Shown one piece after another: positions 28,189 to 37,602 of a stretch of 64,000 nucleotides of DNA. The stretch is from an uncultured delta proteobacterium (GTDB lineage: Bacteria; Myxococcota; UBA727; VGSZ01): positions 1 through 64,000 of the forward strand of contig CAVZJB010000008.1 in NCBI GenBank assembly GCA_963775425.1. The letters run 5' to 3'. The notes beneath the pieces are model-generated. The model had not been told where the DNA came from, ran no database searches, and saw only the letters and a list, made by a program, of their open reading frames with translations. The position numbers and the translations under genes are program-made. The stretch's first letter is position 1. Each line of letters begins with the position of its first letter.

Positions 28189-28826
28189 ACCGTCCAGCGC
28201 TCGCCGTCGCCGCCGCGCTCGCGTCGGCCGCCTGTGCCACCGCTCTGCCACCCGACGTCGAGGCCCGCGTCCGCGCCGCCGTCGACGACGACCGCGCGGC
28301 GTATCCCGAGCTGAACAAGGACATCGCCGTCGGCGCCATCGACGACGACGTGGTCTTCTTCCAATCGAACTTCACGCCTGAGAGCGCGCTCGGCGACGGG
28401 CCGCTCGCCTTCTCGCTGCAGGCGAGCCCGCGGGCGTTCGCGCTCGGCATCGACCGCGACGCGCTTCACGGCGTCATCGGCCACGAGCTGGCGCATAGCC
28501 TCGACTACGTGCACCGCTCCGCCCGCGGCAAGGGAGCGCTCCTCGCCCTCCTGTGGCCCGCGCTCGTCCCCGAGGCGTCGACGTGGGAGCGCTTCACCGA
28601 CCTCGTGGCCATCGACCGCGGCTTCGGCCCGCGCCTCCTGCACTATCGCGTCTGGCTGTTCCGCGTCCTCGACAGGGACGCGGTCCGCGACAAGCGCGCG
28701 GTGTACTACTCGCCCCTCGAGATCGCGCTGCTCCTCGACGTCCGCGCGCGTTGTCCGGCGCAGTTCGCCGCGTTCCTCGAGCGGCCGCCGCGGACCGCCC
28801 GCGCCATCGCCACACGCTGTCCCTGA
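28185..28826 (+). CDS. Putative zinc metallopeptidase lipoprotein (HEXXH)
   Basis: Lipobox SAAC; GVIGHELAH followed by ERFTD. Confidence 0.7.
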   Translation: MNRPALAVAAALASAACATALPPDVEARVRAAVDDDRAAYPELNKDIAVGAIDDDVVFFQSNFTPESALGDGPLAFSLQASPRAFALGIDRDALHGVIGHELAHSLDYVHRSARGKGALLALLWPALVPEASTWERFTDLVAIDRGFGPRLLHYRVWLFRVLDRDAVRDKRAVYYSPLEIALLLDVRARCPAQFAAFLERPPRTARAIATRCP

Positions 28827-28837
28827 CGTCGTCGGCG

Positions 28838-30181
28838 TTAGACCAGGATCTCGGTGAGCACGCGGTGGCCGTAGTCGCCGAAGCTCGCGACGTCGACGCC
28901 GGCGGTGTGCAGCATGGTCAACAGCACGTCGCCGATCTCCGTCGAAGGGTCGAGCGCCATGTGGTTGCCGCTGTTCAACAGCCCGCCGCCCTTGCCGGCC
29001 AGCAACACCGGCAGGTTCTCGTGGCTGTGCGTGTTCCCGTCCTCGATCTCCGACGAGAAGAACACCGCCGAGTTGTCGAGCAGCGTGCCGTCGCCCTCCT
29101 GCACCGCCGCCATCTTGCCGAGCAGGTACGCGAGCTGCGCGACCTCGAAGCGGCCGATGTCCGCGAGCGCCTGGAGCTTGTCGGGGTCGCCCTGGTGGTG
29201 GCTGTACTCGTGGTGGCCGCCGGGGTGGCCGATGAAGCCGTAGGGGCGGTTGCTGCCGCCGTTGCCGAGCATGAAGGTGCCGACGCGCACGAGGTCGCAC
29301 TGCATGGCCAGCGCCGTGAGGTCGAGCATCTGACGCACGTAGGTCTCCACGTCGGCGTCGGGGCCGTCGGGCCGCTCGGGGAACGCGCACTGCGTCGGCT
29401 GCGCGGTCTCGATCCCGCGCTCGAGCTCGCGCACGCCCGTGAGGTACTCGTCGAGCTTGCGGCGGTCCGTGTTGCCCAGCCGGCCCTGCAGCCGCTTGGT
29501 GTCGTCGCGCACGAAGTCGAGGATGCTGAGCCGCCGCCGCCGCCGCTTCTGCTTCTGCTCCTCGGTGAGCCCCGCGTCCGCGCCCGCGAACAGGCGATCG
29601 AACACCGCGCGCGGGTTCACCTCCTTGGGCATCGGCACCGACGGCGACGCCCACGAGATGTTGTGGCTGTACGCGCAACTGTAGCCGGTGTCGCACGAGC
29701 CGACGCCGCTGCCGCTCTCGCAGCCGAGCTCCAACGACGGCAGCCGCGTCTTGCCCTTGAGCGCCGCCGCCGCGATCTGGTCGACGCTGGGCGCGTTTTG
29801 CACGTGGGTCTCGCTCTTGAGCGGGTGCACCGCCGTGATGAAGGAGCTGGTGCCGCGGGCGTGGTCGCCGCCGCCGTCGCCGAGAGACTCCGCGGCCGTG
29901 TTCTTACAGCCGCTCAACACGAGGAGGGAGTCACGCACGTCCGCGAGCGGCGTGAGCATGTCGGGCAGCTCGAAGCCCGCGCCCTCGGTGGTCGGCGTGA
30001 ACGTCGCCATGTTGATGCCGCAGGGCACGTAGAAGAAGAACAGACGCCGCGGCCCCCCCGCCGCCTCCTGCGCGCGCAGCGGGGAGCGCATGGCGTCGAG
30101 GAAGGGCAGGGCCACGGCGGCGCCGATGCCCTTCAGGCAGGCGCGGCGGCTGAGGGTGAAGCGGCGCGGAAGAACGGTCAT
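28838..30181 (-). CDS. DUF1552 family protein (Tat-like signal)
   Basis: SRRACLKGIG..LPFLDAM, SVDQ, CDTGYSCAY, DRRKLDEYLTGVRELE, HHEYSHH, DGTLLDNS. Confidence 0.9.
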   Translation of the reverse strand: MTVLPRRFTLSRRACLKGIGAAVALPFLDAMRSPLRAQEAAGGPRRLFFFYVPCGINMATFTPTTEGAGFELPDMLTPLADVRDSLLVLSGCKNTAAESLGDGGGDHARGTSSFITAVHPLKSETHVQNAPSVDQIAAAALKGKTRLPSLELGCESGSGVGSCDTGYSCAYSHNISWASPSVPMPKEVNPRAVFDRLFAGADAGLTEEQKQKRRRRRLSILDFVRDDTKRLQGRLGNTDRRKLDEYLTGVRELERGIETAQPTQCAFPERPDGPDADVETYVRQMLDLTALAMQCDLVRVGTFMLGNGGSNRPYGFIGHPGGHHEYSHHQGDPDKLQALADIGRFEVAQLAYLLGKMAAVQEGDGTLLDNSAVFFSSEIEDGNTHSHENLPVLLAGKGGGLLNSGNHMALDPSTEIGDVLLTMLHTAGVDVASFGDYGHRVLTEILV

Positions 30182-32394
30182 GGCGTCACCCCGGGCTCGT
30201 CGCCGGCGGCCTCGGCGCGGCGCATGCGGAAGGCGGGCGATTTGACGATGTCGATGATGAGGTCGCTCATCTTGTAGCCGCCGGCGGCGAACTTGGCGTT
30301 GATGTCGTCGACGTTGCAGAGGAAGTCGAAGTCGTTGACGCCGCGGCCGAGCGCGTAGCTCATCGCCTTCTGCGTCATGCAGTACGGGAGCTGCCCGTCG
30401 TCGTGGATGTGCTGCGCGAGCTCGCGCGCGCCGTGGAACGGGGCGTTCGGGTCACCCATGTAAAACGCGCTGTCGTCGATGGCGAAGCCGGCGTCGGTGG
30501 CGCGCCAACGGCCGATGGCGTCGAAGTGCTCGAGGCCGAAGCCGAAGGGATCGATGACCGCGTGGCAGGAAGCGCAGAACGGATCCGAGCGGTGCTGCTC
30601 GAGGCGCTGGCGCACCGTGTCCTCCTCGTTGCCCTGCTGGGGCTCCGGCAGGCCCTCCACGCCCGGGGGCGGCGGGTCGGGCGCGAGGCACAGGAGGTTT
30701 TCGAGGATCCACTTGCCGCGGCGCGTGGGCGAGGTGCGCGTCGGCTGCGAAGACACCGTGAGGATGCTGGCGTTGGTGAGGATGCCGGCGCGGCCGGTGC
30801 CCTGCGTGGACACGAGGCCCCAGCCGTGCCCGAGCGTGTCGACGGGCGGCTCGAGGCCGTAATGCGACGCGAGCCGGTCGTTCACGAAGGTCTCGTCGTC
30901 GGTGACCATGTCGAGGGCGGAGAGGGAGTCGTCGCGCAGGAAGCGGTCGAAGGTGAGCTCGGTCTCGCACTGCATGGCGGAGCGGAGCGACTCGTCGAAC
31001 TGCGGGAAGCGGATGGGATCCGGCGCCGCCGAGGCCACCGCCCGCGTGAACAGCCATTGCCCGGCGAAGCTCTTCACGAGCGCCTCGCTCTTGGGATCGT
31101 CGAGCATCCGCCGCGCCTCTTCCTCGAGGACGTCCGGATCCTGCAGGGCGCCCTCGTCGGCGAGCTCCTCGAGGCGCGCGTCCGGCGTCGACGACCACAA
31201 GAAGTAGCTCAGGCGCACCGCCAGCTCGTGGTCGGAGAGCGGGTGCGCCTCCGGCGCGGGCGCGCCGACGTCCGGATCGAGCTCCACGCGGAACAGGAAG
31301 TGGGGCGAGAGGAGCACGGCGACGAGCGTGCTGCGCAGCGCGCCCTCGACGTCGCCCTCGTCGCGCAGCTCGCGCACGTAGAAGTGCTGCAGCCGGTCGA
31401 CCTCGCCGTCGTCGAGGGGACGGCGCCACGCGCGCCGCGCGAAGCCGGCGATGACCGAGCGCACGCAGGGCAGGCCCCGGTCGAGGTCGCAGGTGACGAT
31501 GGCGCGGCGCGCGGCGGGGTCGGGGCCGAGCTCGGTGACGGTGAGCGGGCCCTCCACCTCGAAGAAGTCGACGAGGAGCTGGCCGCCGCCGCCGCCCTTG
31601 ACGGTCGAAGACGGCGGGAAGCTCGCGCTGAGCGTATGCACGGGGCCCTTGTCGAGGGACGCGCGCACCTCGAGGAGCTGCTTGTCGTCGACGCTGCCGG
31701 TGACCGAGGAGCGGAACACCTCACGGCCGTCGACGTCCAGCTCGATCTGATCGTCTTTGCCGCCGTTTCTGCCCACGCGCACCCGCACCGCGTAGACGCC
31801 GGCGGCGTTCGGCAGGATGGCCTGCACGCTCACCTGGTTTCCACGGTTGAGCGTGTAGTCGGTGCTGGAGTCGCTGCCGCGGCCGCCGTCGCCGACGCCG
31901 TACTCGGCCTCGTACTGGTGCGTCTCCGGCACCTCGCCCGGCCGGGCCATGGCCGTGTCGATGACGGTCTGGGCCGCGGTCTCGAGCTTCTCGGCGAGCA
32001 GCGGCGACATGGAGAGGACGTCGGCGTTGTTGTCGAAGCCGCCGCCGAAGTCGTCGACGGGGAAGGAGGTGGCCGCGAGCTGCAGGTCCTGGCCGGTGAG
32101 GTCGCGCAGGGTGTTGTCGAGCTCGAAGCGGTTGAGCCGGTGGAGGGTCTTCGTGCCGACGTCACACCCGGCGAGCTCGGCGGGCGGATCGGGCGTGAAC
32201 GACGCCGGCAGCGGCGCCTCCTCGCTCGCGGCGGCGAGCGACGTGGGGCACACGAGGTCGTCCGGCGGCGGCAGCGGCTTTCCCGGGAAGAACGGCGACA
32301 CGATGAGGGCGAGGGCGACGTCGCACCCGGACGCGACCGGCGCGAGGGCGAGCGCGGCGACGAGGGGCAGCAGGGAGCGCGGCGGGGAGCGCAT
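30178..32394 (-). CDS. DUF1592/DUF1588/DUF1587/DUF1585/DUF1595 domain protein
   Basis: HRLNRFELDNTLRDL, ELAVRLSYFLWSS, TSPTRRGKWI, CASCH..DPFGFGLEHFDAIGRWR. Confidence 0.9.
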   Translation of the reverse strand: MRSPPRSLLPLVAALALAPVASGCDVALALIVSPFFPGKPLPPPDDLVCPTSLAAASEEAPLPASFTPDPPAELAGCDVGTKTLHRLNRFELDNTLRDLTGQDLQLAATSFPVDDFGGGFDNNADVLSMSPLLAEKLETAAQTVIDTAMARPGEVPETHQYEAEYGVGDGGRGSDSSTDYTLNRGNQVSVQAILPNAAGVYAVRVRVGRNGGKDDQIELDVDGREVFRSSVTGSVDDKQLLEVRASLDKGPVHTLSASFPPSSTVKGGGGGQLLVDFFEVEGPLTVTELGPDPAARRAIVTCDLDRGLPCVRSVIAGFARRAWRRPLDDGEVDRLQHFYVRELRDEGDVEGALRSTLVAVLLSPHFLFRVELDPDVGAPAPEAHPLSDHELAVRLSYFLWSSTPDARLEELADEGALQDPDVLEEEARRMLDDPKSEALVKSFAGQWLFTRAVASAAPDPIRFPQFDESLRSAMQCETELTFDRFLRDDSLSALDMVTDDETFVNDRLASHYGLEPPVDTLGHGWGLVSTQGTGRAGILTNASILTVSSQPTRTSPTRRGKWILENLLCLAPDPPPPGVEGLPEPQQGNEEDTVRQRLEQHRSDPFCASCHAVIDPFGFGLEHFDAIGRWRATDAGFAIDDSAFYMGDPNAPFHGARELAQHIHDDGQLPYCMTQKAMSYALGRGVNDFDFLCNVDDINAKFAAGGYKMSDLIIDIVKSPAFRMRRAEAAGDEPGVTP

Positions 32395-32474
32395 GGACCT
32401 TCAGACACGGCCGGCGGCCGCCTGGGAAAGGTCGCACAGCGGCCGGATCTGCGCCCGCCGCGCCGCGTCGGCGC

Positions 32475-32873
32475 TCAGAGCTGCAGGCGCAGCCAGCGCA
32501 GCGCGGGCTCGATGCGGGAGAACACCCGCCGGGGGTGGGCCGGCGGGGCGCGCAGGTTGATCATGGTGAGCGCCTCGCGTTGCGCGGGCACCGGTCCGAG
32601 CACCAGCGCCGCGACGAGGAGCTGCTCCGTGAGCGGCGCCGTCTCGCGGACGTAGTCGGCGGTCCGCTCCGTCTGCTCGCGTGTGAGGCCGCTGACGAAG
32701 CGTCCGTCGAGCAACAGGCCGAAGCGCTTGCCGCGCGCGTACAGGCCGCTCATGCGGGCCGTGTACCGATCGAGGAAAGCGTCGTCGACGTTTTCCGGCC
32801 AGCGCGCGACGACGATGGGCCAGTGGGACTCGTCGACGCCGTCTTCCGAATTTTTCGCGAGCTCGAACATCAT
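32475..32873 (-). CDS. Hypothetical protein (STAS/SEC14-like small domain)
   Basis: RBS GGAC before MMFELAK; WPIVVARW..LLLDGR..RVFSRIEPALRWL pattern. Confidence 0.65.
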   Translation of the reverse strand: MMFELAKNSEDGVDESHWPIVVARWPENVDDAFLDRYTARMSGLYARGKRFGLLLDGRFVSGLTREQTERTADYVRETAPLTEQLLVAALVLGPVPAQREALTMINLRAPPAHPRRVFSRIEPALRWLRLQL

Positions 32874-32980
32874 GGGACCGTCCTCGGTCCCCCCTTGCGC
32901 CGCACTATAGGCACGCCGGCGCGCCCGCGTGCGAGTGCCGTGCGAAGACGCGCAGCGCCGCCGCCCGGGGACGCGCGTGG

Positions 32981-35167
32981 TCAGAGGTGCGCGCGGAAAA
33001 ATGTCGTGATGGTCTTGTAGACGTGGAGCTGGCTCCGGCGGCCCGTGATGCCGTGCGCCTTGCCCGGGTAGATCGACAGGTCGAAGAGCTTCTCCTCGTT
33101 CTCCAGCGCCTCGATGAGCCGCAGCGAGTGCTCGAACAGGACGTTGTCGTCGGCGGTTCCGTGGAGCAGCAGGAACGGCTTGTTCAGGAGCTTGGCCCTC
33201 CGGACGAGGTTGGCGTTTTCGTACGCGGGCGCCTTGCCGTCCTTGCCCGGCATGCCGAGGTAGCGCTCGGTGTAGTGCGTGTCGTAGAGCGTCCAGTCCG
33301 TCACCGGCGCCACCGCGACCGCCGCCGCGAACGGCGTGCCCGCGTCGAGGATGGCGCGCGTGGACAGGAAGCCGCCGTAGCTCCACCCGAACACGCCGAT
33401 GCGGCGCTTGTCGATCCACGGGGTGCTCGCCACGACCTGCTTCACCGCGGCGAAGAGGTCCTTCACCTCGATGTCGCCGAAGGCGTGGTCGTGGGCCCGG
33501 GTGAAGGCGTGGTCGCGGCCCGCCATGCCGCGGTTGTCGACGAGGAACACCCCGAAGCCCTGCTCGGCCCAATAGGTCTCCATCGGAAAGCCGCGGCTCC
33601 ACGCGTGCGTCACCGTCTGCGCCGTCGGCCCGCCGTAGATGCTCACGATGAGCGGCGCGCGCTCCCCCTTGGGGCGCCGCGTGGGCGGCAACAGCAGCCC
33701 GTTGAGCTTCGTCTTGCCGTCGGCGGCGAGGAGGTCGAGCCACACAGGCTGCGAGTGCTCGACGCCGGCGAGCTCCGCGGCGGGGTTGTCGTCGAGGACG
33801 AGCACGGTCTTCCCCGTGGCGTCCAACACCTTGGTCTGCGGGGGGACGCCGAAGTCGGAGACGTGGTCGACGAAGAAGCGGCCGGCGTCGTCGAAGCCGA
33901 CCGCGTGCCAGCCGGGCTCGGGCGTGAGGCACACCGCGGCCGTCCCCGGCGCCGCGTTGCCCGGGGGATCGACGGGGATGGAGAACGCGCGCATCTGGCG
34001 TCCCCGATCGCGCCACGCGGTGTAGAAGACCACGCCGCGCTCGTCGTCGACGGCGGCGATGCGCTGCACGGGCTCGGGCTCGTCGGTGAGCACGCGCTGC
34101 TGCCCGGTCTTGCGATCGACGACGACGATCTGGCGCCGCCCGCTCTTCTCCGTGGTCCACAGCGCGCGCTTGCCGTCCTTGAGCGGGATGAAGTCGTCGG
34201 TGAGCTCCACCCACGTGTTGTCCTTCTCGACGACGACGTCGTGCTTGCCCTCGAGAACGCGCACCGTCTTCTGATCGCGGCTCTGCCATTCGAGCCAGGG
34301 CGCGCCGTCGGGGAAGAAGCCGGCGCGCGGCAGGTAGCCGTCCTCCGCCGGCTGCCACAGCTTTTGCTTTCTGCCCGACAGCTCGATGAGCCACGGCGTC
34401 ACCACCGCGTTGTTCTCGCCCGCGGCGGGGTAGCGCTGCTCGAACATCTCGGTGTGGTCCGCGAAGATCTGCGCGCGCACCTTCTTGCCGACGGGCGTCT
34501 CGTCCACCTCGAACACCAGCAAGGACTTCCCGTCCGGCGACCACCACATCCCCGCGTGTCGATCCATCTCCTCCTCGGCGATGAATTCCGGCAGGCCGAA
34601 GTGGTGCACGGCGCTGCCGCCGTGCGTGAGCGCCTGCGTCTTGCGCGTGGCGATGTCCATCACGACGACGTCGTTGTTCTTGACGAACGCCACCTGCTTG
34701 CCGCTCTTGCTGCACACGGGGTTCAGCTCGGGGACGTCCTCGTCGTGCGTGAGCCGTGTGACCAACCTGTCGGCGAGCGTCACGTAGTACAGGTCGCCGG
34801 AGAGCGGAAAGATCACGGCCTTGGCGTCGTGGCCGCACCACAGGTAGCCCGTGATGCCGCGCGTGCGGATGCGCTTGCGCTCGAGGGCCATGCGCTCCTG
34901 CTCGGTGAGCTTCTGCGCCTTGCCGCCGAGGAGGTCGTCGGTGGCCACCAGCTTCCGGGGCGTGCCCGAGGGGAGATCCGCCCCCCACAGGTCGAGCACC
35001 TCGCTGTCCTTCTCGCTGCCCTTGAGGAACGTGACGCTCTTGCCGCCGGGCGCGAGCTGCAGCGCGGCCGGCGCGCGCCCCGCGAGCGGCGGGTCTTCGA
35101 AGATGCGCTCGAGGCTGAGCTCGTGGGCGGGGGCGAGGGCGATGACGAGGGCGGCGAGGGGGAGCAT
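32981..35167 (-). CDS. S9B dipeptidyl peptidase IV family protein
   Basis: Propeller AEEEMDR, IYGGP, nucleophile GWSYGG, YDTHYTERY, HGTADDNV. Confidence 0.93.
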   Translation of the reverse strand: MLPLAALVIALAPAHELSLERIFEDPPLAGRAPAALQLAPGGKSVTFLKGSEKDSEVLDLWGADLPSGTPRKLVATDDLLGGKAQKLTEQERMALERKRIRTRGITGYLWCGHDAKAVIFPLSGDLYYVTLADRLVTRLTHDEDVPELNPVCSKSGKQVAFVKNNDVVVMDIATRKTQALTHGGSAVHHFGLPEFIAEEEMDRHAGMWWSPDGKSLLVFEVDETPVGKKVRAQIFADHTEMFEQRYPAAGENNAVVTPWLIELSGRKQKLWQPAEDGYLPRAGFFPDGAPWLEWQSRDQKTVRVLEGKHDVVVEKDNTWVELTDDFIPLKDGKRALWTTEKSGRRQIVVVDRKTGQQRVLTDEPEPVQRIAAVDDERGVVFYTAWRDRGRQMRAFSIPVDPPGNAAPGTAAVCLTPEPGWHAVGFDDAGRFFVDHVSDFGVPPQTKVLDATGKTVLVLDDNPAAELAGVEHSQPVWLDLLAADGKTKLNGLLLPPTRRPKGERAPLIVSIYGGPTAQTVTHAWSRGFPMETYWAEQGFGVFLVDNRGMAGRDHAFTRAHDHAFGDIEVKDLFAAVKQVVASTPWIDKRRIGVFGWSYGGFLSTRAILDAGTPFAAAVAVAPVTDWTLYDTHYTERYLGMPGKDGKAPAYENANLVRRAKLLNKPFLLLHGTADDNVLFEHSLRLIEALENEEKLFDLSIYPGKAHGITGRRSQLHVYKTITTFFRAHL

Positions 35168-35227
35168 GGCCGAACGCTATGCGGCGGACGGTTTGAATCA
35201 AGCCCGCATAGGTGTTAGCTCGCCGCC

Positions 35228-36424
35228 ATGCGCTTCCTCGTCGTTGCTCTCGTCGTCACCAGCGCCGCGGCTGCATCCGCGACCCCCAGGTTCGTCGGGT
35301 GGAGCCCGTCGGGCGGCTTCGCCTGGTTCGCCGACGGTGCCGCCGTGCAGGTCTGCCGGGTCGACAAGACCGACGTCCCCGACGGCTGGCCCGAGGGCGC
35401 CTCGGTCGGACCCGGCGCCGCTTGCGGCGACGTGCCCGCGCAGCTCGACGGCGCGGCCGCGCTCGACGCCGCCAAGAAGAACGTCAAGGGCAGCCGCGCG
35501 CTCGCCAAGAACCCCTACGGGCTCGAGGTGAAGATCGAGGACGCCGACGGCAAGCCCACGGTGCTCGTGATGGACGGCCCCGACAAGAAGCAGCCCCTGG
35601 GCGACGCCGGCGAGGCGTCCGTCGCCGACGTGAAGTGGCGCCCCGACGGCAAGGCGGTCGCGGTGACGCTCGTGAACAAGAAGGACAAGACCGGCTCCGT
35701 CATCGTCGACGCCGTCGACAAGCTCCTCGTCGGCGGCCGCGCGGGTCACAAGCTTGCGCAGAAGCTCTACGGCGACTCGCAGAAGCTCTACAAGAAGCGC
35801 GACTGGGCCGGCGCCGGCCGCATCCTCGAGGACGCCATCACCGCCGACCCCGACTGGGCCCCGGCGCGCTACGCGCGGGCCGCCGCCGAGGCGCAGGGCG
35901 GCATGGGGCGCACCGCGATGATCGACAACCTGCAGTGGCTGAAGGAGCACGCCGACAAGGACAAGGAGGCCAAGAAGCTCCTCGCCAGGGCCAAGAGCGA
36001 CAAGGCGTTCGACGCGTGGATCGGCGACCCCGAGGTGCGCGAGCTGGTGGGCATGCCCAAGGTCTCGTCGATGGACGTGCCCGCGCGGCTGCTCGAGCGC
36101 GACGGCGTGTGGACCGCGCAGGGCGCCACCTGCAAGACCCCGTGGCTCACGCTGCAGTTCAAGAAGGGCGGCGCCGCGCGCCTCACCGTCGCCGAGTCGT
36201 GCAAGGGCAAGAAGACGTCCAAGGCCGTGGCGGCGGTGCTGAAGCAGACGCCGGCGGGGCCGTTCTCGCTCGAGCTGAAGAAGGCCGTCGACGGCGTACC
36301 GCAGAAGAGCACCCTGGTCCTCGACGACACCTACCAGCAGCTCAAGCTCCAGCCCGACGGCGACGGCGACGCCGTCGGCACCTTCGAGCCGGGCGGTCCG
36401 CGCCTCGAAGACAGCACCCTGTGA
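35228..36424 (+). CDS. Secreted hypothetical protein with a TPR-like segment
   Basis: Signal peptide; YKKRDWAGAGRILEDAITADPDWAPARYARA. Confidence 0.7.
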   Translation: MRFLVVALVVTSAAAASATPRFVGWSPSGGFAWFADGAAVQVCRVDKTDVPDGWPEGASVGPGAACGDVPAQLDGAAALDAAKKNVKGSRALAKNPYGLEVKIEDADGKPTVLVMDGPDKKQPLGDAGEASVADVKWRPDGKAVAVTLVNKKDKTGSVIVDAVDKLLVGGRAGHKLAQKLYGDSQKLYKKRDWAGAGRILEDAITADPDWAPARYARAAAEAQGGMGRTAMIDNLQWLKEHADKDKEAKKLLARAKSDKAFDAWIGDPEVRELVGMPKVSSMDVPARLLERDGVWTAQGATCKTPWLTLQFKKGGAARLTVAESCKGKKTSKAVAAVLKQTPAGPFSLELKKAVDGVPQKSTLVLDDTYQQLKLQPDGDGDAVGTFEPGGPRLEDSTL

Positions 36425-36449
36425 CGTCGCGGGTGCGCGGGGTGCGGGC

Positions 36450-37511
36450 GTGACCGACCTGATGCGCTCCATCCTGGTGCGGGACGCGCTGCGGCCGTTC
36501 TTCCTCGACGCCGCCGGCCTGCACATCCTCGACCAGCGCGCGCTGCCGCTCGACGAGCGCTGGCTCGTGTGCACGACGCTCGAAGAGGTGGCGCGCGCCA
36601 TCGAGACCCTGGCCGTGCGCGGGGCCCCCGCCATCGGCGGCGCGGCGGCCTTGTGCATGGCGATGCTCGCGCGCGCGTCCGCCGCGGGCACCACGGCGCT
36701 CGAGCGCGTCCTCGAAGAAGCCGACGCGCGCTTGCGGCGCACGCGGCCGACGGCGGTGAACCTCTTCGCCGCGCTCGACGCGGTGAAGGCCGCGCGCGTG
36801 ATCGCGGGCGACCGCGGCGACTTCGCCCCCGACGAGGAGGCTCGCGCCATCGCCGCCCGCGTCGTGGACGCCGCCGAGCGCGTGGTCCTCGACGACGAGG
36901 CCGCCTGCGCGGCGATGGGGGAGCACGGCGCGGGTCTGTTGAAGGATGGCGACGTCGTCATCACCATCTGCCACACCGGCGCGCTCGCCACGTGCGGCCA
37001 GGGGACGGCGCTCGGCGTGGTGAAGTCGGCGCGCGCGCGCGGCAAGGACGTGCGCGTGGCGGCGCTCGAGACGCGGCCGCTGCTGCAGGGCGCGCGGCTG
37101 ACGGCGTGGGAGTGCGCGCGCGAGAAGATCCCCTGCACCCTCATCACCGACGGCATGGCCGCGTACGCGATGGCCAAGCTCGGCGTCACGCGCGCGCTCG
37201 TCGGCGCCGACCGCATCGCCAAAGACGGCGCCACCGCGAACAAGATCGGCACGTACGCGCTGGCGGTGGCGGCCAAGCACCACGGGGTGCCGTTTCACGT
37301 CGTGGCGCCCACGTCCACGTTCGATCCCGTCGTCGACGACGCGGCCGGCATCGTCATCGAGCAGCGCGCCGCCGACGAGGTGCGCACCGCCCGCGGCCAA
37401 CCCCTCGCGCCCCACGACGCTCCTGTGTGGAACCCCGCGTTCGACGTCACGCCGCCCGCCCTCATCGAGAGCTACGTCAGCGAGCGCGGCGTCCTCCGCC
37501 CGCCCTTCTGA
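36450..37511 (+). CDS. mtnA: S-methyl-5-thioribose-1-phosphate isomerase
   Basis: LDQRALP, VRGAPAIG, RPTAVNL, CHTGALAT, ETRPLLQGARLT, GADRI..ANKIGT, NPAFDVTP. Confidence 0.95.
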   Translation: MTDLMRSILVRDALRPFFLDAAGLHILDQRALPLDERWLVCTTLEEVARAIETLAVRGAPAIGGAAALCMAMLARASAAGTTALERVLEEADARLRRTRPTAVNLFAALDAVKAARVIAGDRGDFAPDEEARAIAARVVDAAERVVLDDEAACAAMGEHGAGLLKDGDVVITICHTGALATCGQGTALGVVKSARARGKDVRVAALETRPLLQGARLTAWECAREKIPCTLITDGMAAYAMAKLGVTRALVGADRIAKDGATANKIGTYALAVAAKHHGVPFHVVAPTSTFDPVVDDAAGIVIEQRAADEVRTARGQPLAPHDAPVWNPAFDVTPPALIESYVSERGVLRPPF

Positions 37512-37602
37512 GCGCGGGCGGTCTCGGGGGCGGCGAAGGCCGTCGCCGTCGTCACCGCGGCGAGGGCGCAGAGGGCGAGCCAGCGGCCGCGCGCGCCGGC
37601 GC

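Noticed and set aside
28838-32394. DUF1592/DUF1552 pair as a novel system
   Set aside because: Function is unknown, but this pair is very widespread in Myxococcota and Planctomycetota and is ordinary here
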